Shown here piece after piece: positions 61,148 through 64,000 of a DNA stretch of 64,000 nucleotides. The DNA lies in contig JBMNHG010000011.1 of NCBI GenBank assembly GCA_050950285.1, positions 124,001 through 188,000 on the forward strand, written 5' to 3'. Each line of letters opens with the position of its first letter. Position 1 is the first letter of the stretch. The position numbers and the translations under genes are program-made. A model generated the notes under the pieces. It did not search any database, was not told the origin of the DNA, and worked only from the letters and a program-made list of their open reading frames with translations. Origin of the DNA: Kiritimatiellia bacterium. Lineage in GTDB: Bacteria; Verrucomicrobiota; Kiritimatiellia; RFP12; JBMNHG01.

Positions 61148-62125
61148 ATGAACGATCTGCTCCAGTCCATCGCCCGCCTGCATGTCCTGGTGGTGGGCGA
61201 CGTGTTGCTCGACCAGTACCTGTGGGGAGACGCCACCCGCATCTCGCCCGAGGCGCCGGTTCCCGTGGTGCGCGTGGAGCGCGATACCTTCACCGTTGGC
61301 GGCGCCGGAAACGTGGCGCTCAATCTTCGCGCCCTGGGTGCCTCCGTGGAACTCGCCGGCGTCGCGGGAGACGACGCGGACGGGCGGCGTCTTCGGGCCA
61401 TCCTTGCCGATTCGGGAGTGGAGTTCGACCCGCGCCTCCTGCTGGACGGCATCCACACCATCGTGAAGACCCGCGTGATGTGCCGGAACCAGCAGCTCTG
61501 CCGTCTCGACCGCGAACCCCCGCCCTCCCGGTGCGGCCTTCCGGGCGAATGGATCGCCCATGACCTTGCCGGCGCCATTGCGCGCGCCGACGCCGTGATC
61601 CTTTCCGACTATGCGAAGGGAGTGGTGGACAACGCGATGATCGCGCGCGTCCGCGATCTCGCCGGCCCCGGCAAGCTGGTGGCGCTCGACCCCAAGCCCC
61701 GCGCCGGGCTCGCCTTCGACGGTCTCGGGCTCGTCACGCCCAACCGCGCCGAGGCCCTGCAGCTCGCGAACTACCTTCCCGGCCCGCCGGACGAAGGCTT
61801 CCCCGCGGCCGAAATCTGCCGCCGGCTCCACGAGACCTACCGCTCGAAACTTCTGGCGGTGACCCTGGGTGCGGACGGCATGCTGCTGTCCGTCGGCGGG
61901 GAGGTGTCGTGCACGATGCCCACCGCGGCCCGTGCGGTGTTCGACGTCTCCGGCGCGGGCGACACCGTGATCTCCGTGCTCGCCGCCGCCCTCGCCGCCG
62001 GCGCCACGCCCGAGGTCGCGGCGCGCCTTGCGAACCTCGCCGCAGGCGTGGTGGTGGGGAAGGTCGGCACCGCAACCGCCACGCCGGAGGAGATCCTGGC
62101 CTACGCGGCGGAGGTGGGGGCGTGA
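61148..62125 (+). CDS. rfaE1: D-glycero-beta-D-manno-heptose-7-phosphate kinase (stand-alone HldE kinase domain)
   Basis: GDVLLDQYLWG...RISPEAPVPV, SDYAKGV, TPNRAEA, DVSGAGDTV. Confidence 0.88.
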   Translation: MNDLLQSIARLHVLVVGDVLLDQYLWGDATRISPEAPVPVVRVERDTFTVGGAGNVALNLRALGASVELAGVAGDDADGRRLRAILADSGVEFDPRLLLDGIHTIVKTRVMCRNQQLCRLDREPPPSRCGLPGEWIAHDLAGAIARADAVILSDYAKGVVDNAMIARVRDLAGPGKLVALDPKPRAGLAFDGLGLVTPNRAEALQLANYLPGPPDEGFPAAEICRRLHETYRSKLLAVTLGADGMLLSVGGEVSCTMPTAARAVFDVSGAGDTVISVLAAALAAGATPEVAARLANLAAGVVVGKVGTATATPEEILAYAAEVGA

Positions 62126-62700
62126 GCGCGGGAGGGAAGTCGACGCCGCGCGCCGGCTTGTTCCTGGATCGCGACGGAACGCTCATCTACGACCTGGTCT
62201 TCGTGAAGGATCCAAAGCGCGTGCGCCTGCTGCCCGGCACACGCGAGGGGTTGCGGCTCTTGCGCGACCGCTTCCTGTTTTTCCTGTTCACGAACCAAAG
62301 CGGCGTGCCGCGCGGATACTTCGGCTGGGACGACGTGGAGAAGGTGATCGCCCGCATGACGCGCCTGATCGGCATGGGGCCGGATCTCTTCGCGGCCTCG
62401 TGCATCGCCGCCGAGATGCCCGGCGGCGTTGCGACCTACCGCAAGCCGTCGCCGCGCTTCATCCTGGAGTGCATCGACCAGTTCGGGCTCGACCCGGAGC
62501 AGTGCTGGATGCTGGGGGACCGTGCCAGCGACGCGCTCGCGGGCCTCCGAGCGGGCATCCGCGCCGCCTTCATCCGCCCCGAAAAGGGACTGGACGACGA
62601 AATGAAGGCGCTTTCCGCCGGGCGCGGCGTGCCGGCCTACGACTCGGTCTTGCAGTTCGCGGAGGCTTTGCCGGAACCCGTCCGCCCGCAGGGCCATTGA
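62122..62700 (+). CDS. gmhB: Heptose-1,7-bisphosphate phosphatase GmhB-like (HAD IIIA)
   Basis: FLDRDGTL, TNQSGV.RG, RKPSP, MLGDRASD; GTGA overlap with the kinase gene. Confidence 0.8.
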   Translation: MSAGGKSTPRAGLFLDRDGTLIYDLVFVKDPKRVRLLPGTREGLRLLRDRFLFFLFTNQSGVPRGYFGWDDVEKVIARMTRLIGMGPDLFAASCIAAEMPGGVATYRKPSPRFILECIDQFGLDPEQCWMLGDRASDALAGLRAGIRAAFIRPEKGLDDEMKALSAGRGVPAYDSVLQFAEALPEPVRPQGH

Positions 62701-62764
62701 CGCCGCAAGCCGCCGCCCGGGCGCGGCGTGCCGCGGAATGGACGTCCGCCGGACGGCCGGTTCC

Positions 62765-63679
62765 CTAGGAAAACCGGCGCCGGTAGAGGAGGTAGTCGCG
62801 CAGGACGGTCTCGATGGGCGCGGCGGTGGAGAGCGGCTGGTAGTCGGCGCCGGCGGAGAGGCAGGCGGAGCGGATGGCGGAGCGGAAGGCCGACACGCGC
62901 CGACGGTAGGCGCGAGCCTGGCGGAGGGGATCGCACATCACTTCGCGGCCGGTTTCGAGATCCCGGAAGCGGGCGAGCGCCTGGAAGGGGAACGACTCTT
63001 CGTCTTCGTCGAGCAGGTGGAAGACGATGACGTCGTGGCCGCGGGCGGAGAGTCGGCGGATGCCGTCGGCCACGCGTTCCTCGGGGCCGTGGAGGTCGCT
63101 CACGAGCACGACCATCCCGCGCGATCCGAGGCGCAGCGCGAGTTTGTGGAGGACGGCGGGGAGGTCGGTTTTCCCGGATGGGACGACGTCGGCCATGCGC
63201 GAGAGGAGGGCGTAGAGGTGGCGCTGGCCCTGGCGCGGGGGGACGAAGACGCGGAAGTCCTCGTCGAAGGTCACGAGCCCGGCAGCGTCCTGCTGGCGCG
63301 AGGCCAAGTAGGCGAGCGCGGCGGAGAGGGTGCAGCCGAACTCGAACTTCGTGAGACGGCCCGGGGCGTCGGCCGGCCGGTAGCCCATGGAGGCGCTGGT
63401 GTCCAGCGCCACGACCACCTTCATGTCCGATTCCATCTCGAAGCGCCGCACGAAGGTGCGTTCGGTCCGGGCGAGCAGCTTCCAGTCGATGATGCGCGGT
63501 TCGTCGCCCGGCGTGTACTCGCGGTAGTCCTTGAACTCCACGCTGAAGCCGTAGGAGGGGCAGCGGTGGCGCGAGGCGTACATCCCTTCCACGAGCAGGC
63601 GGGAGCGCAGTTCCAGCGACTGGATCGCCCGCAGCGTGTCGGCGTCGAGGAAGCGCAGGGGCCTGGAGGGGGCGGGCAT
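62765..63679 (-). CDS. DUF58 (VWA-like) protein of a MoxR operon
   Basis: GFSVEFKDYREYTPGD, IDWK, LDTSASM, VSDL. Confidence 0.88.
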   Translation of the reverse strand: MPAPSRPLRFLDADTLRAIQSLELRSRLLVEGMYASRHRCPSYGFSVEFKDYREYTPGDEPRIIDWKLLARTERTFVRRFEMESDMKVVVALDTSASMGYRPADAPGRLTKFEFGCTLSAALAYLASRQQDAAGLVTFDEDFRVFVPPRQGQRHLYALLSRMADVVPSGKTDLPAVLHKLALRLGSRGMVVLVSDLHGPEERVADGIRRLSARGHDVIVFHLLDEDEESFPFQALARFRDLETGREVMCDPLRQARAYRRRVSAFRSAIRSACLSAGADYQPLSTAAPIETVLRDYLLYRRRFS

Positions 63680-63703
63680 GGGCGGCGGGCCGGGGAAGGG
63701 AGG

Positions 63704-64000
63704 CTAGGCGTTTTCGGGGACGATGCGCAGGAGCTCGTCCACGATCTTGTCGGTGGTGACGCCGTCGGCGACGGCGGTGAAGTTGGTGACGATGCGGTGG
63801 CGGAGCACGGCGTTGGCCACGAAGCGCACGTCCTCCACGGTGGCTTGCAGGCCGCCCCGCAGGAGGGCGCGGCTCTTGGCGCCGAGGCTCAGGTATTGGC
63901 CGGCGCGGGGGCCGGCGCCCCAGTCGAGGTACTTCTTCACGTAGTCCGGGGCGGTGGAGTCGTCGACGTGCGTGGCGGTCACGAGGCGCACGATGTAGTC
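63704..64000 (-). CDS. MoxR-family AAA+ ATPase, C-terminal part (truncated by the window edge)
   Basis: WGAGPRAGQYL, EDV..VA..VLRHRI; lies upstream of DUF58. Confidence 0.85.
   Translation of the reverse strand, partial: DYIVRLVTATHVDDSTAPDYVKKYLDWGAGPRAGQYLSLGAKSRALLRGGLQATVEDVRFVANAVLRHRIVTNFTAVADGVTTDKIVDELLRIVPENA

Overview
High-GC bacterial chromosomal segment. The gene content (RNase HIII, many CAZyme-like and Gfo/Idh/MocA genes, Mla and Lol transporters, Vor oxidoreductase) fits a PVC-superphylum anaerobe such as Kiritimatiellota/Lentisphaerota; this is inference, not a search result. The backbone is housekeeping and carbohydrate genes (gltA, fmt, mlaEFD, lolCD, rnhC, xseA, mnmA, tRNA-Leu(GAG), ispA, tex, vor, hldA/gmhB). 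It is interrupted by four accessory patches: (i) a lower-GC surface-polysaccharide modification operon at about 19.5-27.4 kb, (ii) a decayed type I R-M/yhcG patch next to the tRNA, (iii) an intact Mutator-like (ISLre2/ISKra4-type) IS at 44975-46690 with perfect 20-bp TIRs and a 9-bp target duplication, and (iv) a lower-GC methyltransferase plus a broken R-M gene at 48.2-51.4 kb. The most striking signal is inside the IS. A perfect, spacer-less 56-bp palindrome separates two divergent genes and encodes an identical sigma70-type promoter and Shine-Dalgarno-like sequence on both strands. Several dispersed palindromic/REP-like elements are also present, one of them in-frame inside a gene. No CRISPR array or rRNA was seen. 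A few single-base frameshifts in homopolymers may be sequencing errors.
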